From contig JBCCIP010000010.1 in assembly GCA_039111475.1 (NCBI GenBank), positions 62,677 to 126,676 on the forward strand: a stretch of DNA of 64,000 nucleotides, given 5' to 3'. The notes under the pieces were generated by a model. The model saw only the letters and a list, made by a program, of their open reading frames with translations. It was not told the DNA's origin and searched no databases. Shown one piece after another: positions 38,871 through 46,981 of the stretch; positions within the stretch are counted from its first letter, which is position 1, and each line of letters opens with the position of its first letter. This stretch comes from Pseudomonadota bacterium. GTDB taxonomy: Bacteria > Pseudomonadota > Gammaproteobacteria > Pseudomonadales > JAUIET01. The position numbers and the translations under genes are program-made.

Positions 38871-39667
38871 GCACGTCTTTACGCAATAAGGTTGCCGTTG
38901 TAACCGGTGGTTCACAGGGCATAGGACGCGGAATTTCTGAGCGTTTAGTGGCTGCGGGGGCCCACGTTGTTGTTGCCGACTTGAAAAAAGCTGATGACTT
39001 TCAGCAATGGCGGAATGCGAGCGACGATCAGGTGAGCTATCTGAAGACCGACGTCACCTCTGGCGAATCGGTACAGTCATTGGCTGAGCAAATCGAGGCG
39101 CAGCAAGGGCGCGTGGATGTACTGGTGAACAATGCAGGCATCATGTTTGAGAAAAGTCTCGAAGAGCAAACAGAAGCCGACTGGGACTTAATGATGGCCA
39201 TCAACGTTAAAGGCCCTATGTTGATGAGCAAATTTTTGTTGCCGCTGCTGCGCTATGGCGCAGCGAAAAACGGTAGTGCAGCTGTAGTAAATATAGGGTC
39301 TATTGAAGGGTTTGCAGTTAACCCCAAGCACACGGCTTACAGCGCGTCCAAAGGCGCGGTACACGGGTTTACAGCGGCACTTGCAGTGGATCTCGGCTTG
39401 GACAAAATCCGCGTTAACGCGATAGCGCCTGGTTGGATCGATACCGACTTAAATCGAGCCTATGTCGAATCGGTTGGCGATGTTGAGCTGGCCAAACAAG
39501 AGTTGGCGAAATTACACCCTATGGGTTCTATTGGCGAACCCTCAGATGTTGGCGATGTTGTTGTATGGCTTGCCAGCGATGAATCGCGTTTCGTGAATGG
39601 GCAGGTCATTACTGTTGATGGCGCGCGCACCAGGAAACTGTCCTTACCTCCTATTTTTCAAACTTAA
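38867..39667 (+). CDS. SDR family oxidoreductase.
   Basis: TGGSQGIGRGIS motif, NNAG, and catalytic YSASK. The start overlaps the upstream stop. Confidence 0.85.
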   Translation: MSTSLRNKVAVVTGGSQGIGRGISERLVAAGAHVVVADLKKADDFQQWRNASDDQVSYLKTDVTSGESVQSLAEQIEAQQGRVDVLVNNAGIMFEKSLEEQTEADWDLMMAINVKGPMLMSKFLLPLLRYGAAKNGSAAVVNIGSIEGFAVNPKHTAYSASKGAVHGFTAALAVDLGLDKIRVNAIAPGWIDTDLNRAYVESVGDVELAKQELAKLHPMGSIGEPSDVGDVVVWLASDESRFVNGQVITVDGARTRKLSLPPIFQT

Positions 39668-39692
39668 CCTTCCAACCTAAAAGGCATCCACT

Positions 39693-41237
39693 ATGAGTGA
39701 AGCGGCGATATCCGGTAGCTCCCAGGGCAGAAGAGGTCGCTCGGCACGTCGCAACGCGCGTCTGGCAACCAGTTTTGATTCACTCCCTGCGTTGGAGAGA
39801 GGGCTGCCGTATCTGGATTTGATGACACCTGCCCAACTCGAGAAAATGCACGATGCGACCATGCGCATACTTGAGAATAAGGGAATAGAGTTTCGAGACG
39901 ACGAATCGGCCGAGCTTTGGAGAGCAGCAGGAGCAACAGTCAACGGCCATCATATTCGCATTCCCCGTGAATTGCTGATGCAGTTAATCAGTACGGTTCC
40001 TAGCAGCTACACCATGCACGCTCGTAACCCGGAGCGTACCGTGAAGTTAGGCGACGGTCATACCTGCTTCGTGCCGGCGTATGGTTCGCCCATGATCATA
40101 GACATGGACGGAAAACGCCGAAACGCCACGCTGGAAGACTTCAACAATTTTGCGAAGCTTGCTTATATGGCACCTGCCATGCACATGACGGGCGGAGTAT
40201 TGGTAGAGCCCATGGATGTGCCGGTACCCAAACGTCATTTGCACATGATGTACAGTTTGTTGAAGTATTCTGACAAGCCGTTTATGGGCATGGTGCTCGG
40301 TCGCGACAAAGCCATCGACAGTATGGAAATGGTTAAGCTTGTATTCGGTGAAGAGTTCCTTGAAACACATACGGTAATGACATCACTGGCTAATGGCAAT
40401 TCGCCGCTAGTGTGGGACGAAACCATGCTGGATGCCGCGAAAGTCTATGCACGCCACAATCAGGCGATGTTGTTTTCACCGTTCGCGTTGTGCGGCGCAA
40501 GCACGCCTGCCAGTGTTGTTGGCACCATGGCGCAGATAAGTGCTGAGGCCTTGGCTGGCGTGGCATTTTCGCAGCTGTGCAGAAAGGGCGCACCGGCTGT
40601 TTACGGACAATGGTTGGCAACAGTGTCAATGCAAAGTGGGGCACCCATGGCCGGCACACCCGAAATTTGCCACATTAACATGTTAATGGGGCAGTTGGCC
40701 CGGTTTTACAAACTGCCCATGCGCTGCAGCGGTATGTGCACCAGTTCTAAAGTGGTAGATACACAGGCTGGCTATGAAGCTGGTAGGAATATGTACGGTG
40801 TTTTGATGTCGGGGGCGAACTTTGTTTTGTCTACCGCAGGTTATATGGAGGGGGCCATGGCACAGAGCTACGCCAAATACGCGATTGACATCGAGCAGAT
40901 GGAGTTGTTTTATCGCCTGGGGAAAGGCCCAGATTTCGACGGGCTTGGTGGTGCGTTAGACGCCATTGATGACGTAGAAATTGGGCATCACTATTTGGGC
41001 AGTGCGCACACGCTTGAGAATTTCCAAACCGCATTTTCCATGCCGAATTTGATGGACCACAACAGTTACGAGCAGTGGGCGGCCGAAGGGGGTAAAGACG
41101 CGAACCAGCGCGGCATAGAGAAGATCAAAAAGATGCTTGGCGATTATCAAGAACCTGCGCTTGATTCGGCTGTTGATGACGCCTTATTGGAATTTATTGC
41201 AAGGCGTGAAGCTGAGATTGGCGATCGAACGCTCTAG
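39693..41237 (+). CDS. MttB-superfamily (trimethylamine methyltransferase-like) corrinoid-dependent methyltransferase of the non-pyrrolysine type. Candidate betaine or quaternary-amine demethylase.
   Basis: About 514 aa, an N-terminal Arg-rich region (RRGRSARRNARL) and overall MttB/MtgB-like sequence character. There is no in-frame amber codon. Confidence 0.75.
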   Translation: MSEAAISGSSQGRRGRSARRNARLATSFDSLPALERGLPYLDLMTPAQLEKMHDATMRILENKGIEFRDDESAELWRAAGATVNGHHIRIPRELLMQLISTVPSSYTMHARNPERTVKLGDGHTCFVPAYGSPMIIDMDGKRRNATLEDFNNFAKLAYMAPAMHMTGGVLVEPMDVPVPKRHLHMMYSLLKYSDKPFMGMVLGRDKAIDSMEMVKLVFGEEFLETHTVMTSLANGNSPLVWDETMLDAAKVYARHNQAMLFSPFALCGASTPASVVGTMAQISAEALAGVAFSQLCRKGAPAVYGQWLATVSMQSGAPMAGTPEICHINMLMGQLARFYKLPMRCSGMCTSSKVVDTQAGYEAGRNMYGVLMSGANFVLSTAGYMEGAMAQSYAKYAIDIEQMELFYRLGKGPDFDGLGGALDAIDDVEIGHHYLGSAHTLENFQTAFSMPNLMDHNSYEQWAAEGGKDANQRGIEKIKKMLGDYQEPALDSAVDDALLEFIARREAEIGDRTL

Positions 41238-42187
41238 TAAGCCTCAGTAAACGCTTTGATAAACGTATCGAGCTCATCGCGCGGCAGTTCGTTAATTCCT
41301 GCCGCCGCAGTACGACCACCACCCGTAGGAAATTGCATGCATAGCTCCGCAGCGCCCTGTCTGTTGCTTAGCGGCGCGCGAACGCTGACCAGATAATTGC
41401 CGTTGTCTTTCTCTGTAACAACCGCATGTGCGCGATTGGGATTTTCGATTGCCAGGTCGTTACCGTACACGCCGCGCACTCTTAACGCCCATGCTGCATT
41501 GGGCAGTTGAAATACGGCGGTGGCTTCCTCACAGTGTATGGGCTTAAGCTCCGCTGCTTTAGCCATATCTTCTGCATAGCCAATACTGAGCTTCTGATAA
41601 TCCGGTGAGCTGGCGATAAACTCCAGGGCGCTGTCTGCCTCGAACAGAGTTTGGTAAAGATCTTTGGGGTTAAAATGCAGATCGTCGATGGATGAACCAT
41701 AACCGTTGTAGTTAACGTAAATGCCAAGCGTCTCCAGAGATTCAAGGTCAACGTCAGACAGGTTCAAAGGTTGAGCTAGCTTTCGAGCGGTTTTTTTGAA
41801 GTTATCACCAAATGCACCCACCACAGCCCAGTCTGAAAATTGACCTTTCAAATGACCATTGATCAATACGGCAGTGCACACCTCTGCACCTTCATTGATG
41901 ATTGCGTGAAGGTTTGCATGCTCAGGAATATCGCCGGCGAAATGATGATCTACATAAAACACAGATGCACCGTGTTCCAGAACACGCTGCAAGTCCTCTT
42001 TGTTTTTGTCCATCGAAACATCCAGCACAGTGATCTGATCCCCAGACGTGGCGTCTACTTTCGCTAACAGATTGATATCACGTTTTACACCTGAGACAAG
42101 AACCGACTCTCTCGGCTCCGCTTTTCGCAACTGGATTAACGCGCAAATACCATCGGCATCTCCGTTGAATACATCGTAATTTGGCAT
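41234..42187 (-). CDS. DHH/DHHA1 family phosphoesterase-like protein.
   Basis: DHH motif (YVDHHFAGD) and a C-terminal GGG(R) motif (FPTGGGRTAAAG). Confidence 0.55.
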   Translation of the reverse strand: MPNYDVFNGDADGICALIQLRKAEPRESVLVSGVKRDINLLAKVDATSGDQITVLDVSMDKNKEDLQRVLEHGASVFYVDHHFAGDIPEHANLHAIINEGAEVCTAVLINGHLKGQFSDWAVVGAFGDNFKKTARKLAQPLNLSDVDLESLETLGIYVNYNGYGSSIDDLHFNPKDLYQTLFEADSALEFIASSPDYQKLSIGYAEDMAKAAELKPIHCEEATAVFQLPNAAWALRVRGVYGNDLAIENPNRAHAVVTEKDNGNYLVSVRAPLSNRQGAAELCMQFPTGGGRTAAAGINELPRDELDTFIKAFTEAY

Positions 42188-42305
42188 GGGGTGATCTGAC
42201 GGTGCTAGATGTTTACCCCATGGTATTGGTAGCTGTTGCTAAAGGGAACAAAAACTGTGTAAAAGTAGATTCTGCTGGTTTATCGTCTATTCAGCTGCGT
42301 AAGTT

Positions 42306-42713
42306 TCATTCGGCAACGTGCAAACTCACGCTGGTTGCACCGCCCATGCGTGCATAATCCAGCACGGGTACAAAAACAGAGGTTGGCGTTGTTTGCTCTG
42401 TACTGACCACAACAGACCGCGCTGGGTCCTGAGCGAGTAGTTGCTCTACATTGGAGCGCACAGACAACTTATCGATGCGTCTTTTCGCCAACCAAATTTC
42501 GCCACTTGCCGTGATGTTGAGCACAATCGGTACAGCGTCAGTGCTACTGGCAGGGCCATATTCCGGGCGTTGCACGTCCAGGCCCTTTTCCATCACGAAT
42601 GTTGCGGTCACCACAAAGAAGATCAGCATGATAAACACCACATCCAGCATGGGAGTGAGTTCAATATCATCGCCGTCATCAACGAGACGTTTTGAGGCAA
42701 TTCGACTGCTCAT
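42306..42713 (-). CDS. exbD: ExbD/TolR family biopolymer transport protein.
   Basis: Conserved N-terminus (IELTPMLDVVFIMLIFFVV), a single TM helix and a size of about 135 aa. Confidence 0.85.
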   Translation of the reverse strand: MSSRIASKRLVDDGDDIELTPMLDVVFIMLIFFVVTATFVMEKGLDVQRPEYGPASSTDAVPIVLNITASGEIWLAKRRIDKLSVRSNVEQLLAQDPARSVVVSTEQTTPTSVFVPVLDYARMGGATSVSLHVAE

Positions 42714-42717
42714 AGAT

Positions 42718-43341
42718 TCACTCCGCTATCTGAAATCGAACACGTGTGGTTACGCCGGCTTTACGAACGGCTTCGCCATTATCAGCAATTTGTGGTCGGT
42801 ACTTCCATTTTTGTACAGCGCGCACTGCGGCGCGGTCAAAAACATTGGCAGGCTCTGCGCCGATTACGCGCACATCTTCGGTAGCACCTGTTACGTCAAT
42901 GGTGAACATCACGTCAACGTAACCGCTAAGGCCTCTTCGTATCGCGATTCCAGGGTAAATAGGTTGTGAGCGAAGGTAAGGGATGGGTTCGCCAGGGGGG
43001 AGGGCCGTCAATGTTGGCCCAGCAGCAGTGGGGTCAACGGGCGGAATGAGAATTGCTTCGGCAGTAGGGCCAACGGCGAATTCCCTTGGTGCTGGTGGCG
43101 CAGTGGGTGGTGCTGCAACTGGCTCTGGCGGTAGCACCTCATCAATTTGAGTTTCTATCACTGTATCATCCGTCATTACAACGGTCGGCATAGGTCGGAC
43201 ATCTCGCGGTACGTACTGATAATCATGCCGAATCAGCAGCAACATGAATAAAAGCAGCGCAAACGTCGCCATGGCTGCAAACATGGCCGATGAAGCCGTG
43301 CGGTAAATATGATCAGTACTTAACAATCTAGAGGTGGTCAT
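42718..43341 (-). CDS. tonB: TonB family energy transducer.
   Basis: N-terminal TM anchor, a Pro-rich spacer (PEPVAAPPTAPPAP) and a C-terminal TonB domain (VDVMFTIDVTG...RAVQKWKYRP). Confidence 0.75.
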   Translation of the reverse strand: MTTSRLLSTDHIYRTASSAMFAAMATFALLLFMLLLIRHDYQYVPRDVRPMPTVVMTDDTVIETQIDEVLPPEPVAAPPTAPPAPREFAVGPTAEAILIPPVDPTAAGPTLTALPPGEPIPYLRSQPIYPGIAIRRGLSGYVDVMFTIDVTGATEDVRVIGAEPANVFDRAAVRAVQKWKYRPQIADNGEAVRKAGVTTRVRFQIAE

Positions 43342-44887
43342 AGCGAACTCCTTGGGCGATTAGAACTTCTGATGAATTATGTTCAGGATTTTCTTCGGGT
43401 GTTGCATTTTGATCGGTATCAGTAAGGCGAAACACATAGCGATTCTCCACGTCTTGCACCTTCACCGCCGTGCCGTTTACCTGGTGCGGCGCATATCGTG
43501 ATTTCCGGATGGCGTTTAGTGCGGCGCGATCAAATATTCGGCCTGGTTTAGAGTGAACCACTCTGGCGTTGGCTACGGTTCCATCAGTCTGTATGTCGAA
43601 TAACACATCGACAAAACCCTCAATGTTGCGGCTTATCGCTCTTAATGGATAAATGGGCATTACAGTAACCGTGGGCATAAAGCCACTGCGACTAATAGTG
43701 GGTGTGGTAGCTGCCGTTAGCTGGCCAGCTAAAATGGCAGGCTCCGGGCCCTGTACTACAACCCTATGCGCAACCGGGCGGGCTGCGGGCTCTGGTAGCC
43801 ACTGCATGCTTCGCGCAGGCGGGTGCGGGAAAGGTCTACTGGGCTCGCCAATTGCTGGCATAGGTGGGAGTTCGTAAATCACAGGCATATACGGCGATGC
43901 GCTCAGACCCATGTTGTCTGGCAATCCTTTTAACTCTGTAGGCTGAACAATTGGCACGGCTCGCAGCACAGTAAAAGGAAGCAGCAATAAAAGAAAAAAG
44001 ACCACGCTTTCAGTGAGACCGAAGCCGTCGTAATAATGTCTTGGTGTTCTTTGTGTTAAGGCGTGAACTCGGTCGGCAAGGCCAGGTCCAAGCATTGCTG
44101 CCCAGAGAGGCATTTTGGTTTTGTGTTCTATTTTGCCCTGTTGTCTGGCGTAGCCTAGCAATACGCCTGCGTAACTCGGTGCCTGTGTACCCGCTAACAC
44201 CACTTCATCGTCTGCTGCAATTTCTGCCTGGTTGCGAAGACCGCGTGCACAAGCATGGACAAGTGGGTTGAACCAGAAAAATGCAACAATCAGTCTAGTG
44301 ATTAACTGGATGACCCAGTCGTGCCGACGAATATGTGCCAATTCGTGCTGCAACGCAGCGTTGATAACGTCGCTCGATTGCGTGAGGAATTCACGCGGTA
44401 AAATAACTTTCGCTGATAATGCCCCGATTGTTATTGGACAGCGCAGGTCGTTCAGCAGCCAAAAACTTATTTTCTGATTGCCTGCAGAAAGCTGTCGCTG
44501 AACTGCAAGCGGCAACGCCGCAACGTTGAATTCAGTGGCATATTTTAACTGACGCCGTAATGCAGCGTAGTCCAGCAAAATCCTTAGCAGACCAACCAAA
44601 ACTCCAACGACATAAATACTGCCTATAACTAGCGCCATATTCGAAGTGACTGGTAACCAACGAGCGGCCGGATCCGGTACCAGTTCTGAAGTAGTCGGCA
44701 GTACCTGAAGCGCTAACTTCGGTGCCATTTCAAGCATGGGCAGTATTAACAGCACTAGCAGCGCAGCGGCCAGCTTGTTGTGCTTAACAGCAGCGGTGTT
44801 GCGCGTGGACCGTTGAACAAACAACAATACCAAGGCCAGAAGCACCGAGCCTTTTACTATTGTATTTAATGCGATATCAAACAGCAT
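43328..44887 (-). CDS. BlaR1/MecR1-like M56 family membrane metalloprotease fused to a C-terminal TonB-like domain.
   Basis: Polytopic N-terminus, zinc motif HELAHIRRHDW (HExxH), a Pro-rich linker, and a C-terminal TonB_C-like domain (VDVLFDIQTDG...NAIRKSRYAP). Confidence 0.8.
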   Translation of the reverse strand: MLFDIALNTIVKGSVLLALVLLFVQRSTRNTAAVKHNKLAAALLVLLILPMLEMAPKLALQVLPTTSELVPDPAARWLPVTSNMALVIGSIYVVGVLVGLLRILLDYAALRRQLKYATEFNVAALPLAVQRQLSAGNQKISFWLLNDLRCPITIGALSAKVILPREFLTQSSDVINAALQHELAHIRRHDWVIQLITRLIVAFFWFNPLVHACARGLRNQAEIAADDEVVLAGTQAPSYAGVLLGYARQQGKIEHKTKMPLWAAMLGPGLADRVHALTQRTPRHYYDGFGLTESVVFFLLLLLPFTVLRAVPIVQPTELKGLPDNMGLSASPYMPVIYELPPMPAIGEPSRPFPHPPARSMQWLPEPAARPVAHRVVVQGPEPAILAGQLTAATTPTISRSGFMPTVTVMPIYPLRAISRNIEGFVDVLFDIQTDGTVANARVVHSKPGRIFDRAALNAIRKSRYAPHQVNGTAVKVQDVENRYVFRLTDTDQNATPEENPEHNSSEVLIAQGVRYDHL

Positions 44888-44900
44888 ATGCGTCTCAATC

Positions 44901-45293
44901 TTACTTTTTGTTTTTGCGAGCTTGTTTTATCTTCTGTTCGAGTGCTTTTAACTCATCGTCGCTCATTTCGTCTGAATGATTGTCGATAAACGCAGTGGCC
45001 GCTCTGAGCGGTGAACCTGAAAAAAACGTGCCCACCAACCGCCTTATGGCGCTCACGCTGGCATTGTCTTTTTCCAGAATAGGCATATAGATGTAACGCG
45101 CGCCTTGCTCGGTATGAGTGATGTGGCCAGCCTCTTCAAGCCGGGCCAGCATCGCTCGTACAGCAGAGTAACCAGGGGGGTTGGGAATATGCTCCTGTAC
45201 GGTCTTTGCGTCTGCACGCTCAAGGCGATACAAGGCATCCATTATTTGCCGCTGTCGGCGACTTAGGTGGGTATGTGGATCATTGCTGGGCAT
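44901..45293 (-). CDS. BlaI/MecI/CopY family transcriptional repressor.
   Basis: Size of about 130 aa. Winged-helix N-terminus with the RRQRQIMDALYRLERADAKTVQE pattern typical of the family. Confidence 0.85.
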   Translation of the reverse strand: MPSNDPHTHLSRRQRQIMDALYRLERADAKTVQEHIPNPPGYSAVRAMLARLEEAGHITHTEQGARYIYMPILEKDNASVSAIRRLVGTFFSGSPLRAATAFIDNHSDEMSDDELKALEQKIKQARKNKK

Positions 45294-45329
45294 GGTTTGA
45301 CTCTCGCAGCGCTGTGGGTTTTCTAGGTG

Positions 45330-45365
45330 TGCTACTTTTATAGCATTATGCTACAAAAATAGCAC
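45330..45365. promoter_or_regulatory. Tandem dyad operator GCTACTTTTATAGC-atta-GCTACAAAAATAGC. The whole 35-bp element is near-palindromic. Candidate BlaI-family repressor binding site.
   Basis: Read directly. It lies 37-72 nt upstream of the blaI-like start, in the divergent promoter region. Confidence 0.45.
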
Positions 45366-45569
45366 CTTTGTGGATTGAATCAACCACTTTCTTACATCAA
45401 GATGAGATAAGCGCTTGGTTTTTATAGAACGGAACGTTATAGAGTTGCTGCTAAGAACACCGAGTACCTGTGCATGCCCGGTAACTGTGGGTATGGCTAA
45501 ATAGTCACTGCATAAAGTGCAGCACTCGCGTTATATTAGCAACCGTTAAGAACTACTCGGAAATAAACC

Positions 45570-46976
45570 ATGCTTGCCACTGAAACCACAAGTTCAGTTA
45601 ATTTCTTTCTCGATGGGAATTTCGCACCTGTTGTTGATGAGCGCGATGCAGATGAAATGGAGGTGCGCGGCCGCATTCCTAAAGACCTGGCGGGGCATTT
45701 CTTGCGGATTGGTCCAAACCCATTGCACATTTTCAGCGAGGAGGCATATCACACCTTCGACGGCGATGGCATGATTCACGCGATTGAGTTTAATGATGGC
45801 GCTGCCCATTATCGAAATCGGTTCGTACAAACGGACGGATTTAAGGTAGAGCAGAAGTTGGGTCACTGGGTGTACAAGGGGATGCTTTCAATGATGGACC
45901 CCACGCCTGCACCCATTCCTGAAGGCGCTCCCGCTGAAAAAAACCGCGCAAATACTGCATTGGCCTATCACAACAATACCTTGTATGCCTTGCACGAGGC
46001 CTCACGCCCGACTGTTATTCGCTTACCTGGATTGGAAACAGAAGGCGAAACAGATTTTAACGGCAAGTTGCAACATCCGTTTACTGCACATCCCAAAGTG
46101 GATCGCAAGAGCGGAGATATGCTGAGCTTCGGTTATGGATTTGAGCCGCCTTTTGTGCACTACTCGGTTATAGATGGTAATGGAGACCTGGTTCATTCAA
46201 CGCCTATCACTATTGAAAAGCCAGTGTTCATGCATGATTTTGCGGCCACTGCGAACTACACATTGGTTCTTGATTTTCCGATCACGCTGGACATTGAGCG
46301 GGCGATGGCTGGTGGCCCTGCACTTGATTTTGAGCCAGAGCATGGGTCAAGAATTGGCGTGGTCCCTCGTTATGGTTCTGACAAAGATGTGCGCTGGTTT
46401 GAGGTGGAAACCTGTTCGGTAATTCATACCGCGAATGCATGGGATGAGGAAGACTGCATTGTTCTGCAAGCGTCAAGAGCTGAAACAACCGATATTGCTG
46501 GCGCAGGTCTGGATGCAGAAAACCTGGAGGATACTCAAGGGCAGCTCTATGAATGGCGCCTTGATTTAAACGCCGGCACTGTTACGGAGCGTATGCTCAG
46601 CGAAGTACATTGTGATTTCTTGCGAGTGAATGACGAGTATGCTTGTCACAAAACTCGTTATATTTACGGCGGAGTATTTAATTCAGAGCGCGCATTCACG
46701 TTCGACGGACTGATGAAATACGACAACGACACCCACATAATCAGCACCTATGACTACGGCCACCAACGCTATGGCGGTGAGGCCGTGTTTGCACCAAAAA
46801 TTGGCGCCGTTGCTGAAGACGACGGTTACCTGATTTGCTTTGTGCACGATGAATCACTAAACCAGAGTGAATGCTTGATTTTGAATGCGCAAGATATAGC
46901 GGGCGGGCCGATAGCAACCCTGTTGATGCCTTACCGTGTGCCGTACGGTTTTCACGCCGGCTGGGTGAGCTCTTAG
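45570..46976 (+). CDS. Carotenoid cleavage oxygenase family protein (RPE65 / lignostilbene dioxygenase / apocarotenoid oxygenase-like).
   Basis: Length of about 468 aa with conserved His-containing blades (HTFDGDG, HPKVD, FMHDF, HTANAW) and acidic second-shell residues. Confidence 0.8.
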   Translation: MLATETTSSVNFFLDGNFAPVVDERDADEMEVRGRIPKDLAGHFLRIGPNPLHIFSEEAYHTFDGDGMIHAIEFNDGAAHYRNRFVQTDGFKVEQKLGHWVYKGMLSMMDPTPAPIPEGAPAEKNRANTALAYHNNTLYALHEASRPTVIRLPGLETEGETDFNGKLQHPFTAHPKVDRKSGDMLSFGYGFEPPFVHYSVIDGNGDLVHSTPITIEKPVFMHDFAATANYTLVLDFPITLDIERAMAGGPALDFEPEHGSRIGVVPRYGSDKDVRWFEVETCSVIHTANAWDEEDCIVLQASRAETTDIAGAGLDAENLEDTQGQLYEWRLDLNAGTVTERMLSEVHCDFLRVNDEYACHKTRYIYGGVFNSERAFTFDGLMKYDNDTHIISTYDYGHQRYGGEAVFAPKIGAVAEDDGYLICFVHDESLNQSECLILNAQDIAGGPIATLLMPYRVPYGFHAGWVSS

Positions 46977-46981
46977 TGTTT

